NCBI GenBank assembly: GCA_963754015.1
Contig: CAVWEG010000004.1
Span: 262,455 to 326,454 of the forward strand
Source of the DNA: Candidatus Dormiibacterota bacterium
GTDB lineage: Bacteria; Chloroflexota; Dormibacteria; Aeolococcales; Aeolococcaceae
DNA length: 64,000 nucleotides
Direction of reading: 5' to 3'
Below, one piece after another: positions 17,760-26,335 of this stretch. Both the position numbers and the translations under genes were made by a program. The stretch's first letter is position 1; every line of letters begins with the position of its first letter. Below the pieces are notes generated by a model. The model was not told the DNA's origin, ran no database searches, and saw only the letters and a program-made list of their open reading frames with translations.

Positions 17760-18725
17760 ATGACTGCGAAGTCGACCGTTGCTGCTCCTCCCGATCCCGT
17801 AAGCTTCGCAACGCAGGGACATCATTTCAGCGCGGCCAACGCGGTCGACATCACCACACTCGCAGCACATGCCACTGCTCCGCTCTCGGTGATCGTCCAG
17901 ATAACGAAGCGATGTAACTTCGACTGCAGCTTCTGCTCTGAGACCCTTCAGATGCGGGATCCATCGATATCAGACCTCGCGACGATGGCGACGAATCTGT
18001 CGGGCACCAAACGTGTCTTTCTCTCAGGTGGCGAACCCCTCTTGCGGCGTGACTTCATCGAGGTCGTCGATCTCTTCCATGAGTACATCGTCGGCGTCCC
18101 GACTAATGCTACGCGGGGGCTCGTCCACGCGCGCGCGATGGTCGGCAAAGTCGCATTCGTAAACATTGGTCTCGAAGGTCCGCGGGCAACGACGAATCGC
18201 GTGCGCGGCGATTACGATAAGGTGATGAGTGGCGTACACGCCTTTGTGGAAGCACGCCTCCCGATCTCGTTGTCCGCCGTCGTGTATAGATCCACCCTCG
18301 CGGCACTCCCCTTCACTTACCAAATCGCTGATGTCCTGGGAGCAGGGAAGTTGAAGCTCATCCTCCCGCTGCGCAAAGGCAACGCCCTCCATCTCGAGAA
18401 GGGTGAGTTTATTTCGCACGAGGAAGCTGGCCTCACCTTTGATCGTCTGCTCGAGCTCCGGTCGACTTTCGATTGGCGTCCAGCGCTCCGGATGACGACG
18501 TGGACCCCAGAGACCGAGGGACACATGATTGTCATCGAGCCGAACGGCACCGCGAACGCCTGGCCGGTGTACGACGCACCCGATCTCTTTCAACCGCTCG
18601 GCAATGTGCTAGAAGAGCCGATCACGACCTTGTGGGCACGATACCGATTCCGTGCCAACCATTTCGCGAAGTACCTCGGCCAAAGCATCCGCAGCGTGGA
18701 ACACTCCGAACCTTCGCGTGCGTGA
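17760..18725 (+). CDS. Radical SAM enzyme, small viperin-sized (about 321 aa)
   Basis: CNFDCSFC (CX3CX2C) cluster motif in VIVQITKRCNFDCSFCSE; downstream SGGEPLL glycine-rich SAM motif; no extra Cys clusters, so not SPASM-type. Start taken at ATG 17760 (GAGG 9 nt upstream), with ATG 17712 as an alternative. The ORF-track start at 17394 overlaps the upstream gene and is rejected. Confidence 0.85.
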   Translation: MTAKSTVAAPPDPVSFATQGHHFSAANAVDITTLAAHATAPLSVIVQITKRCNFDCSFCSETLQMRDPSISDLATMATNLSGTKRVFLSGGEPLLRRDFIEVVDLFHEYIVGVPTNATRGLVHARAMVGKVAFVNIGLEGPRATTNRVRGDYDKVMSGVHAFVEARLPISLSAVVYRSTLAALPFTYQIADVLGAGKLKLILPLRKGNALHLEKGEFISHEEAGLTFDRLLELRSTFDWRPALRMTTWTPETEGHMIVIEPNGTANAWPVYDAPDLFQPLGNVLEEPITTLWARYRFRANHFAKYLGQSIRSVEHSEPSRA

Positions 18726-19371
18726 CTTTACGAACCTTTCGTGGGCTGAAGAGCCTTTCGGCGCTGCTCATCGACCGGGCATGCGCCGCGGCGAGGTCGG
18801 GATCGGGATCCATATCGCCTGGTCAAATTCGCACAAGTATCTGGGCTTCGACGCCGCATATCTCCGCTTCCCGCGCCGCCAACCACTCCATGCCACCAGC
18901 GCGACGCTGGACTTCGGGTTCCGCTCGCTACGTATCGAATCTCCGCTCGATGAACCATCAGCTCTTGAGGCGCTAAGTGCTGTTCTTGTGGCTGCGCGAC
19001 GGGGTTCGTGCCTGCTAGCGGCCTCCCATCTGGGGGCAGACTTGTCGCTGCTGCGCAGTGAGTCCTCGACCTCCTATCGAGGTATCTCGGCGCTCGCGTT
19101 CGATTGGGGGCGGCGCGCAACCGCGAGCCCAGCGCTAGCCACGCTCGTCGACACAGAGATCGATGTGCCTCCGAAAGATGAGACCTCGATCAACCACCTA
19201 ACCGGTTCACCGCTGCCCGCGTCCTCCGATACCACCGTTGTCGCGGGCGTTACCGAAGCTTTGCGGCGGCTAATACGTGCGGCCGCTGCGATCTCTCGAA
19301 TCGTGGTGCTCGACGACTTCGATCTGGCCGAAACCGTCGATGCTGCGACCTGGGACGCCGTCCCAACCTAA
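18718..19371 (+). CDS. Degenerate paralog of the exonuclease-like protein 20023..20793
   Basis: GTG 18718 overlaps the radical SAM stop (GTGCGTGA). VGIGIHIAWSN...YLRFP...CLLAASHLGADLSLL aligns with VIAAVDVEWTKN...YIRFP...CVVGHQLSSDLAVL of the paralog, but the D-x-E acidic pair is replaced by H-x-A. ATG 18781 is an alternative start. Confidence 0.55.
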   Translation: MRDFTNLSWAEEPFGAAHRPGMRRGEVGIGIHIAWSNSHKYLGFDAAYLRFPRRQPLHATSATLDFGFRSLRIESPLDEPSALEALSAVLVAARRGSCLLAASHLGADLSLLRSESSTSYRGISALAFDWGRRATASPALATLVDTEIDVPPKDETSINHLTGSPLPASSDTTVVAGVTEALRRLIRAAAAISRIVVLDDFDLAETVDAATWDAVPT

Positions 19372-19412
19372 CACCGTCTTGCGGTCACGATCCTAATCTA
19401 TGGCGTTTGCAA

Positions 19413-20021
19413 CTACGTTCCGAGCAGCCCCCGCGTCTCGAGCTGATCACTCGTCCAATGGACGCGTGCCGGCGTGGGGAGGTCGAGTGGGAGCAGCATC
19501 ACCTCAGTTCCTACCTGTTGGAGCACCTCGCGCAGTTGCACGTCGATGTCCTTCCGATGCGCCACCACCTTGGAGCGAAGAGGGTCGGCGACGAGATCTT
19601 GCCGAAACTCGTCTGCGCAATATACGACCGCGTCATACATCGATCTCATCGCTCTACAGAATGTCTCCATCGCCATGCAGATGTCCGCCATACGGACGTC
19701 GCTCATATCAAGGAGCGCTCGGACATGAGCCGGGACGTTCATGATTGTCTTGTCCGCAACGAGGAGCTGATGTCCGCGTGCGGCGCGAAGCTGTGCGCTC
19801 AGCTGAGCGCCGAAAAGGTCCGCTTCTGCGACCACATCGAAGGTCCCGACACCGTGTAGCACGATCTCATCGATGAAGGGGGAGACGCGTGCAGCCTCGC
19901 CCGCATACCCGGCATTGATGCCGTTTTCGCGGCAATGCGCGACGAGCGCAAGCGCGAGCGTTGTCTTGCCGCTCGCCTGTGCCCCCTCGACAGCGACGAC
20001 CACACAATCGCGCACTGTCAT
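19413..20021 (-). CDS. P-loop NTPase, AAA_28/NadR-kinase-like
   Basis: Walker A VEGAQASGKTTLALAL; overall pattern resembles NadR-type ATPase/nucleoside kinase domains. ATG 20021 lies 1 nt after the stop of the upstream gene. Confidence 0.7.
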   Translation of the reverse strand: MTVRDCVVVAVEGAQASGKTTLALALVAHCRENGINAGYAGEAARVSPFIDEIVLHGVGTFDVVAEADLFGAQLSAQLRAARGHQLLVADKTIMNVPAHVRALLDMSDVRMADICMAMETFCRAMRSMYDAVVYCADEFRQDLVADPLRSKVVAHRKDIDVQLREVLQQVGTEVMLLPLDLPTPARVHWTSDQLETRGLLGT

Positions 20022-20022
20022 C

Positions 20023-20793
20023 TCACGCGACCAGCGCCTGGAAGGCCGGTGCTGACAGCCACTCATACTGTCCCTCGAGCTCCGTCATCAGCAGATGATT
20101 GACGTTGAGCTGCCCGCTCCAACGGACGCCGTATGTGGTGGTGAGTGCAACCAACGCAGTCGAGAGGCTGTGCCGAAGATTGAGGATGGTTATCCGCTCT
20201 CGTGCTGCAATCGTTCTGCTCACGAGCCAACGACGATGAAGCGCAGTCATTGAGATGCCCCATAGCTCCGGTTGCGTTACCTCGAGTCCGAGCTCACCGC
20301 ATACATCGACGAGGCGCCGCGACTTGCCAGTGAGCGCCTCGCTCACGTCATACCGAGTGTCGATAACAGTACGCTCGCAAACATCCGCGTCCCTTCGCGC
20401 ATGCCAGGCGGTGCGCAGCGCCTGAACGCCGAGAAGCCGCCTCGGACCGGCCTGCGCGAGCACCGCTAGGTCGCTCGAGAGTTGGTGGCCAACCACGCAG
20501 TCGACCTCCTGCCGAATCGCTCGGAGGCGATGGTCGATGCGTCGAACGAGATCTCCAGTTTCCTCGTCGGACTCAACGTAGGAACTCTCGTAGAAAAAGC
20601 GCGCCGACGAGTCGATATCCGTTGATCGCGAGTTGGGAAAGCGGATATACACGATGGAATAGCAAAACGGGACGTTGCCGCCCCGAATCCGATAGTTCTT
20701 TGTCCACTCCACATCGACTGCCGCAATGACCCTATGGCCGCGGCCAGATAGGGATGCATCTCCCTTTCTTGGAAGGTTGCCAGCAGAGATCAC
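20023..20793 (-). CDS. Putative DEDD/DnaQ-like 3'-5' exonuclease-fold protein
   Basis: AAVDVEWT (Exo I D-x-E), VGHQLSSDLAVL (Exo II-like) and later VIDTRYD and RHSLS acidic/His positions. Assignment is from motif spacing only. Confidence 0.6.
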   Translation of the reverse strand: MISAGNLPRKGDASLSGRGHRVIAAVDVEWTKNYRIRGGNVPFCYSIVYIRFPNSRSTDIDSSARFFYESSYVESDEETGDLVRRIDHRLRAIRQEVDCVVGHQLSSDLAVLAQAGPRRLLGVQALRTAWHARRDADVCERTVIDTRYDVSEALTGKSRRLVDVCGELGLEVTQPELWGISMTALHRRWLVSRTIAARERITILNLRHSLSTALVALTTTYGVRWSGQLNVNHLLMTELEGQYEWLSAPAFQALVA

Positions 20794-20921
20794 CGGCCTG
20801 AGACCGCCCGCTCGTGCAACTGGGCGCGTCGCCGCTGGCCCGCTCTCCGTTGATGCGCTTGTGGCTTCTGTAGAATACCTAAACGAATCATGCCGTTTTC
20901 AGGATAACCGAAATTAGACTT

Positions 20922-21242
20922 ATGACACGATATTATCCACCCGATGAGAAGCTGATCGATCAGCCCAATACGTTCGTGCTGACCGTGCGCCTGCCTGCGC
21001 CGCTTGAGCGCCGGGTCAAGGATCTAGAGAATCAAGCTCGCAACGCCGGCATGCCTGTTCAGCGCTACACCCTGATTGGAGGCTTGCTCATGCACGTCCG
21101 ATTCACCGACCAGGAACTCGTGGAGCTATTGCTCGCGTATAACACCGATCTCGTGGCATCCGTCGGTGAGGTCGATCCCCGATACGGGCTACGGGTCGTG
21201 CACGGGAAGCGCGGCCGTCCGTCACACGTGGACGCAGTCTAG
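20922..21242 (+). CDS. Small hypothetical protein, possibly ribbon-helix-helix-like
   Basis: TFVLTVRLPAPLERRVKDLENQARNAGMPVQRYTLIGGLL resembles a beta-strand plus two-helix RHH layout; AT-richer upstream region. Confidence 0.45.
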   Translation: MTRYYPPDEKLIDQPNTFVLTVRLPAPLERRVKDLENQARNAGMPVQRYTLIGGLLMHVRFTDQELVELLLAYNTDLVASVGEVDPRYGLRVVHGKRGRPSHVDAV

Positions 21243-21307
21243 AATCCCACCCGGGAGTTGCCAGGCGGTCGCTGTCTAATAGTCGCTGCGAATCGATCCG
21301 GGCGGGG

Positions 21308-22108
21308 TCAGTCCAGCGCGAAGCCCGATCGCAATGTAGCTCGCGACGCGTCCGTGCCCCGCGCCTCTCGCAGTTGCTCGCGGAGCCCGATGCACGCGCA
21401 CCACGGCAAAGACATGGCATGCCCGCAATCCGGGCACAACACACGCTGTTCGTGCACCATCGCCTCACGCACGCCGGCGATGCGCATTCGTTGCAAGAGG
21501 ATGTGCATCACCGCGACATCAAAGTAAGCCGCAGCAGCCTCGTCCGAGAGCTGACTCAACGTCGCGAGTTCCGCTGTAGGCGCTAGCAGCTCTCGGGCGA
21601 ACCAATCTGCGGTCCATTCCTCGGACTCGTGGCAGTGAGGGAGCTGTCCACGCTGCACCAGAATATGACCGAGTTCGTGCGCGACGACCCAACGCCACCG
21701 CGGTGAGGACGTAATCGTTGAGGCTACGAAGATGGTCCGGCCGGCCTGAGCCATTCCTTGAATACAGTCGAAATCGGCCGCCTTGATGGTGATCCCGAGT
21801 TGGCGGCATGCGACCGCCAGTGATGCTTCCCCAACTGCGCCAGCGCCCAGCATCGCGACGCTGCGGACTGCCTGAGCAACCCCGGGTATGAGCGGGCGAA
21901 TCTCTGGGTGCGAGCTCCGTTCGGAACGCACGTCCACGAACCAGAGCGGAAACTGCCCCGCCTCCTGGGGTGGCGCCCCCAGCTGAGCCCCGTGCGAGCG
22001 GCGCGCCAACAACGCCGGCCGCAGAGCTTTCGGACGAGTCAACACGCCGGGTATCCAAACATACGTTCGATTCAGTGTCAACCCACCATGCGGTCGGGAC
22101 CAGGACAA
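21308..22108 (-). CDS. ImmA/IrrE-like HEXXH metallopeptidase with C-terminal Cys cluster
   Basis: VVAHELGHILV, then ADWFARELLAP, then CPDCGHAMSLPWCAC; starts 36 nt after the HD gene stop. Confidence 0.7.
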   Translation of the reverse strand: MSWSRPHGGLTLNRTYVWIPGVLTRPKALRPALLARRSHGAQLGAPPQEAGQFPLWFVDVRSERSSHPEIRPLIPGVAQAVRSVAMLGAGAVGEASLAVACRQLGITIKAADFDCIQGMAQAGRTIFVASTITSSPRWRWVVAHELGHILVQRGQLPHCHESEEWTADWFARELLAPTAELATLSQLSDEAAAAYFDVAVMHILLQRMRIAGVREAMVHEQRVLCPDCGHAMSLPWCACIGLREQLREARGTDASRATLRSGFALD

Positions 22109-22144
22109 AGCGTCCAGCGCAGTGGCGGCTCGATCGACGTCCGG

Positions 22145-23950
22145 TCATTCCTCGCCGGCCGGTCGTTCCTCCAGGGCGTGACGCCAATTCAAAAGAAGCT
22201 GCTCGATGCTCGGTCGGTCACCCTCCGACTCGGGGAGCGCAAGCTGGACCGCCTCGACCGCGCTGCCGGCGACTGCATCCAGTTCGCTCGCTGTCATGCT
22301 GAGGTCAAGCCCGACTTGGCGAGCCACCTCCTGTTGAAGGAAGGACAGTTGCGAGAGGTTGACTTGGTCCATCCAACCGGTCGGATATGTGACACCTAAG
22401 TCATACAACGACGGCGCTTCGAACTCCTCGGCACAAAGGGCGGCGAGCGTTTGCCGGCGACGGGTGGTGTCGGCTGCGCTCTCTGCGGGCCGAACATAGA
22501 CGAGGATTCTCCAGAGGAGCCGATGAGCCTCGTTCAAGGCCGTCACCCGGTTCGAGCGTGCTCGATCCCATTCGTGCAGTGACGTGATCGAACCGTCAGA
22601 GCGCTCCACGCGCACCGCAGCCACCTTCTCCATCATCCGCTCCGCCGGGATGTGTACGAGCACGTCTCCCGGCTCCAACCCCATTTGTCGTGCAACCCGA
22701 TCCTCAAAGGCACTGCGTTGCTTAGCCGTCCGATACCGATCGGTGATCGCCTTGACGTTGTGCCCAAGCTCGGCGTGCGTGGCCAGGTACGCGACCTTAT
22801 ATAGGCGACGCTCCAACAAGTCCGAACCAATACGTGCCGCCCTCGCGCGCCGCTGTGGGTCTGCCGTTGCTGGGATACCCAGGGCATCGGCCAGATCCGG
22901 AACGGCGAGCATTCGGAGCAAGAGGTCATCGGAGATAGCAATCCCTCGCGGCAGCCCCGGCGCATTGGCAAAGAGCATTCGTGTGGCAGGTCCAGACTTG
23001 AGACCGGTTCCTCGAGGGTCCGCTTCGTGAAGGCCGAGCTCTTGCACCGCTCGGCCAACCATGACCGACGCGGCATTCTTGGCGTGGTGAAAGTAGACTC
23101 GCTCGGCCAGTTCGTAACGGTAGGTGAGAAGTTTGATCACCTCGAACTCGACATCCGGTCGCGGCATTCCGTGCTTCTCAAGCCGCAATGCCATGCGGTT
23201 GATGTCGTAGCCTCCACTGATTGCTCCCATGGGTGACTTGGTGATGACGAAATACGTGAGGAAACGGTCACCGAGAGCAACTGGCATCCCGCAAGCTTCA
23301 AGGTCGCGCACGACATAATCGAGCAAGTCGGCGCAGACCGTGTTGCCCACGATGTCAGCGACGAACGGATATGTGAGCTTGGCGATGTCGGCCTCATTCT
23401 TGGCCGTGAGAATCCTGCCGAGCTCGTCAATTTCTCCGTCTGCGAGATCACGGTGTTGGTGTGCTCGCGCCAAGGCCCGGGCGATGCCCCCCGTCTTGAA
23501 GAGGAGCTGCCACCGCTCAGCGTCCTCATCGTGACGTGGGAACAGATTAAACTCGTCCTCAAGGGTATGCCCGAACGGGATATGTGGCAGATCGTGTAAC
23601 AGAGCAGCGAGTCGCGTCAGGCGGCGTGCCTTCGCGTCCATCGGGACCATGTATGTCGCGTCCGGGTTTTTCTCGAGAGCGTCGATGACGCGTTGCGCCG
23701 TATGCAATGTCCCGAGCGAATGCTCGAACCGGGTATGCAGCGCGGAACGGAAAACATAATTGCTAGACCCGAGCTGGCGCACTCCGGCCAGACGCTGGAA
23801 CTCTGGAGTGTCGACAATGTCAATCTCCACCCCGAAGAGGCGCACGTCCTGCGAGGACGCGAGCGTGAACAGCTTGGTTCGAACGTCGTGGGTGTAGGGC
23901 GATCGCGGCGGTGGGTCGGGACGGCGAACAGGGACTCCGGAGACCGACAT
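22145..23950 (-). CDS. HD-domain phosphohydrolase, SAMHD1/dNTP triphosphohydrolase-like (601 aa)
   Basis: IVDTPEFQRLAGVRQLGSSNYVFRSALHTRFEHSLGTLH and LAALLHDLPHIPFGH are the canonical H...HD motifs and the N-terminal FQRL box of this family. Confidence 0.85.
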   Translation of the reverse strand: MSVSGVPVRRPDPPPRSPYTHDVRTKLFTLASSQDVRLFGVEIDIVDTPEFQRLAGVRQLGSSNYVFRSALHTRFEHSLGTLHTAQRVIDALEKNPDATYMVPMDAKARRLTRLAALLHDLPHIPFGHTLEDEFNLFPRHDEDAERWQLLFKTGGIARALARAHQHRDLADGEIDELGRILTAKNEADIAKLTYPFVADIVGNTVCADLLDYVVRDLEACGMPVALGDRFLTYFVITKSPMGAISGGYDINRMALRLEKHGMPRPDVEFEVIKLLTYRYELAERVYFHHAKNAASVMVGRAVQELGLHEADPRGTGLKSGPATRMLFANAPGLPRGIAISDDLLLRMLAVPDLADALGIPATADPQRRARAARIGSDLLERRLYKVAYLATHAELGHNVKAITDRYRTAKQRSAFEDRVARQMGLEPGDVLVHIPAERMMEKVAAVRVERSDGSITSLHEWDRARSNRVTALNEAHRLLWRILVYVRPAESAADTTRRRQTLAALCAEEFEAPSLYDLGVTYPTGWMDQVNLSQLSFLQQEVARQVGLDLSMTASELDAVAGSAVEAVQLALPESEGDRPSIEQLLLNWRHALEERPAGEE

Positions 23951-24235
23951 TGCCTTCCTGAAATAAGCAGATTGAAGGCATAGGATGCCCTATCGACGCC
24001 AGGCGTGCAAGCGGTCGACTGCGACCCCGCGTCAACCGGCGCGTTCGAGCCAAACGAATCACCTGCGCGAATCCGATGCCTGGAGAGTCGTTCGATCTCT
24101 CCGTCACGATCTGGGCGGAGCGGACCCGAGGTGAGGGTGCTCGCTACCGACTCCACCCGCGCCGTCCGACACTGACTCGCCTGTTGTCGGAGGCCAGTGC
24201 GCCGGGAGCAGTCAGTAATCGAGGAATCTTCACGC

Positions 24236-24856
24236 TTAGCCCTCGTCGCAGTCCCGACAGATGGATGCTCCAGCCCTGAACTGCGATTTTCCTTTTGTCA
24301 GATGACACTTCGTGCAGGTCCTGGTGGCCGGCGCTGGAGCACCGCATCCGCAACGTTTACACACGCGGCAGCGAGCGTCACCACAGGTCTCACAAGCCCG
24401 CGTTCCCCAGGCTGGCCCTCCACAGTGGCGACATGTTCCGGAGTACGCCTGAGGCGCCGCCTTCGTCACCCCTGGGTCATCCAAGAGAGTTAGCCCAGTA
24501 TGTGGCCAATAGCAGTACGCGGAGAACACCGCAATGACAATGGCTCCGGCTCCGACCGCATCGACCCAGAAACGCTTCCGGTATCGACTTGCCCAGACAA
24601 CATCTCCCTGACCGACGAAGGTACCGCTGACTCCGGCCTGCCACACGGAATGGTCGATGGGAAGAGACGTTCCACGAAGCCACGCGTACTCGCACTCTCC
24701 TGACTGTGATGCATATCGGACCTGCCTCCGCTCCCGATCGAGCAGGGCAACGTACCCTTCGCAGCCGATTCGGTCGGCAAGTCGGACTGCGCATGCTTCC
24801 ATAGACCCGGCGGTTGCGTTGTAAAGCGCTTGGACATCTGCCGCCGGGGTCGTCAA
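24236..24856 (-). CDS. Hypothetical protein with TM segment and C-terminal multi-CxxC zinc-ribbon region
   Basis: C-terminal CRHCGG...CETCGDARCRVCKRCGCG...CTKCH...CRDC; overlaps the upstream ImmA-like gene by 4 nt. Confidence 0.6.
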   Translation of the reverse strand: MTTPAADVQALYNATAGSMEACAVRLADRIGCEGYVALLDRERRQVRYASQSGECEYAWLRGTSLPIDHSVWQAGVSGTFVGQGDVVWASRYRKRFWVDAVGAGAIVIAVFSAYCYWPHTGLTLLDDPGVTKAAPQAYSGTCRHCGGPAWGTRACETCGDARCRVCKRCGCGAPAPATRTCTKCHLTKGKSQFRAGASICRDCDEG

Positions 24857-25302
24857 CCGACAAGCACAGCGGCAACCGCCTCATCAGGAATCAGGATCCG
24901 TCCCGCGATCGCATCACAGAGGCGTTCTTCCGCTCCTATTCCTCCATCCGCATCCACATCAGCCAGCTCCGACAACAAGTCGTCATCGGACATCACCAGG
25001 TGATGCCCGAACTCATGGAGCACCGTGAAGTTCTCACGCCGACTTCGCGGCATGGCGACATAGCAGATGGCTTGCTGATCGTGGAAATACGCACCATCGC
25101 AAGAACACACATCGGTGGTGTCGCTGCTCGACACCTCACCGACACGTAGCCCGGCTCCCCGCACCGCTGTGACAGGCGAGCTGGCGAGTTCGCGGCGCGC
25201 CTCCATGCTGAGCGCCGCGTCGAGCCGCTTCGCATATGCGCTCCAGTCTCGATTCACATTTCCCCAGTAATCACCTGATAGACGTCGATGAGGCGCTGCC
25301 AA
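24853..25302 (-). CDS. Small ImmA/IrrE-like HEXXH metallopeptidase
   Basis: VLHEFGHHLV motif, then ERLCDAIAGRILIP, which resembles the family's second conserved block. Confidence 0.65.
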   Translation of the reverse strand: MAAPHRRLSGDYWGNVNRDWSAYAKRLDAALSMEARRELASSPVTAVRGAGLRVGEVSSSDTTDVCSCDGAYFHDQQAICYVAMPRSRRENFTVLHEFGHHLVMSDDDLLSELADVDADGGIGAEERLCDAIAGRILIPDEAVAAVLVG

Positions 25303-25381
25303 TCGGTTGGCGACAGTTCCTCACGCCGCGCCAACCACGAATACGACCGCTGTCGCTTCGCTTGCTTACGAATGTGCTCAA

Positions 25382-25927
25382 CTATCCCGGTGGGTGTTGC
25401 CGTGGCCATCCCCAGTGAGCAGGACTCGCTGCAACTTCGGAGTGGCTGTCGCTCGCCTCGATCTTGAAGTACGGCCCGACGATGGCGTCATCGGCCACTT
25501 CCCCAACAAACATCACCGGGTCCACGCCGTGGGGCGCCAATGTGTCCGCCACCTGCGTGGTGGTCTTGCCCTTGACAGTGATGGTGATCAGGCAGCCAGC
25601 CTCGTTGAACGGCAGGACCGCCACATCAGGCGCGCTGATGTGGAAGTTTACGTCCGCCAGCCACGCGTCCACAGCCGCCGTGTGCGGCCACACCGTGATC
25701 GATGTCGGGAACATGTCGCAGTCCGGGTCGATCACGGTGCCGCCGCCTGTTTGCGGTCCTCCCGCCAATGCCGCTTGAACAGCTTGCAGCAGGAAGTTGT
25801 AGCTCTCCGCGCCCACCAACGTCTGCGCGATAAGCGCTGGTTCATCGTTCGCCTCAGCCCACTGAATCAGGGTGTCTTCCCGCCAGATCGCGACGCCGAT
25901 CGCCTGCGCATCCGCATTGCTCAGCAA
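25382..25927 (-). CDS. Hypothetical protein (181 aa), possible beta-grasp segment
   Basis: 6 nt downstream of the E1-like fragment. CLITITVKGKTTTQVADTLAPHGVDP loosely resembles ubiquitin-like beta-grasp starts; speculative. Confidence 0.45.
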   Translation of the reverse strand: MLSNADAQAIGVAIWREDTLIQWAEANDEPALIAQTLVGAESYNFLLQAVQAALAGGPQTGGGTVIDPDCDMFPTSITVWPHTAAVDAWLADVNFHISAPDVAVLPFNEAGCLITITVKGKTTTQVADTLAPHGVDPVMFVGEVADDAIVGPYFKIEASDSHSEVAASPAHWGWPRQHPPG

Positions 25928-25933
25928 GCCCCC

Positions 25934-26335
25934 TTATTGGTTGATAACCGCCGGCGAATCGCCAATCCGGTAGATGCCCATCCCGCTGTCGATGAATGGA
26001 ATACCACATGCCTCGAGCGCGCCGATGACGTACTCTTTGGCTGGCCCTCCATCCATGCTCAGGAACACAAAGTCCATGCCCTGCAGAGCAGAGACATTGT
26101 GTTCACCAATGCTCATCCCATGGGCGAAGATTGCTCTGCGCATTGGGTCGCACGTCTGGCGTAGGTACTCCACCATTGCCGGACTGCCTGCAAGTTCAAC
26201 GAGCGACGCAGCGCCGGGCACTGAAACAGCCGCGCTCGCCGTATTGAACGTATCGGTGTTCCTGCACCGCCCGTAGATGTTGAGGCGGTAGCGAATGACC
26301 TCGGCCTTGTCGTGAGATTTGACTCGCTTCCCCAC
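25934..26335 (-). pseudogene. ThiF/E1-like adenylyltransferase fragment (C-terminal half of the Rossmann domain only)
   Basis: MDFVFLSMDGGPAKEYVIGALEACGIPFIDSGMG matches the D-x-V-x-D...R...giP-x-I-x-gG block of ThiF/E1 proteins. No GxGxxG nucleotide loop is present, and its 5' end abuts or overlaps the divergent ImmA pseudogene. Confidence 0.4.

Noticed and set aside
25307-26164. 285-aa plus-strand ORF and the 28505..29293 minus-strand 262-aa ORF
   Set aside because: They are antisense to 25382..25927 / 25934..26335 and to the Fic gene respectively. No motifs are present and the composition is Arg-rich.
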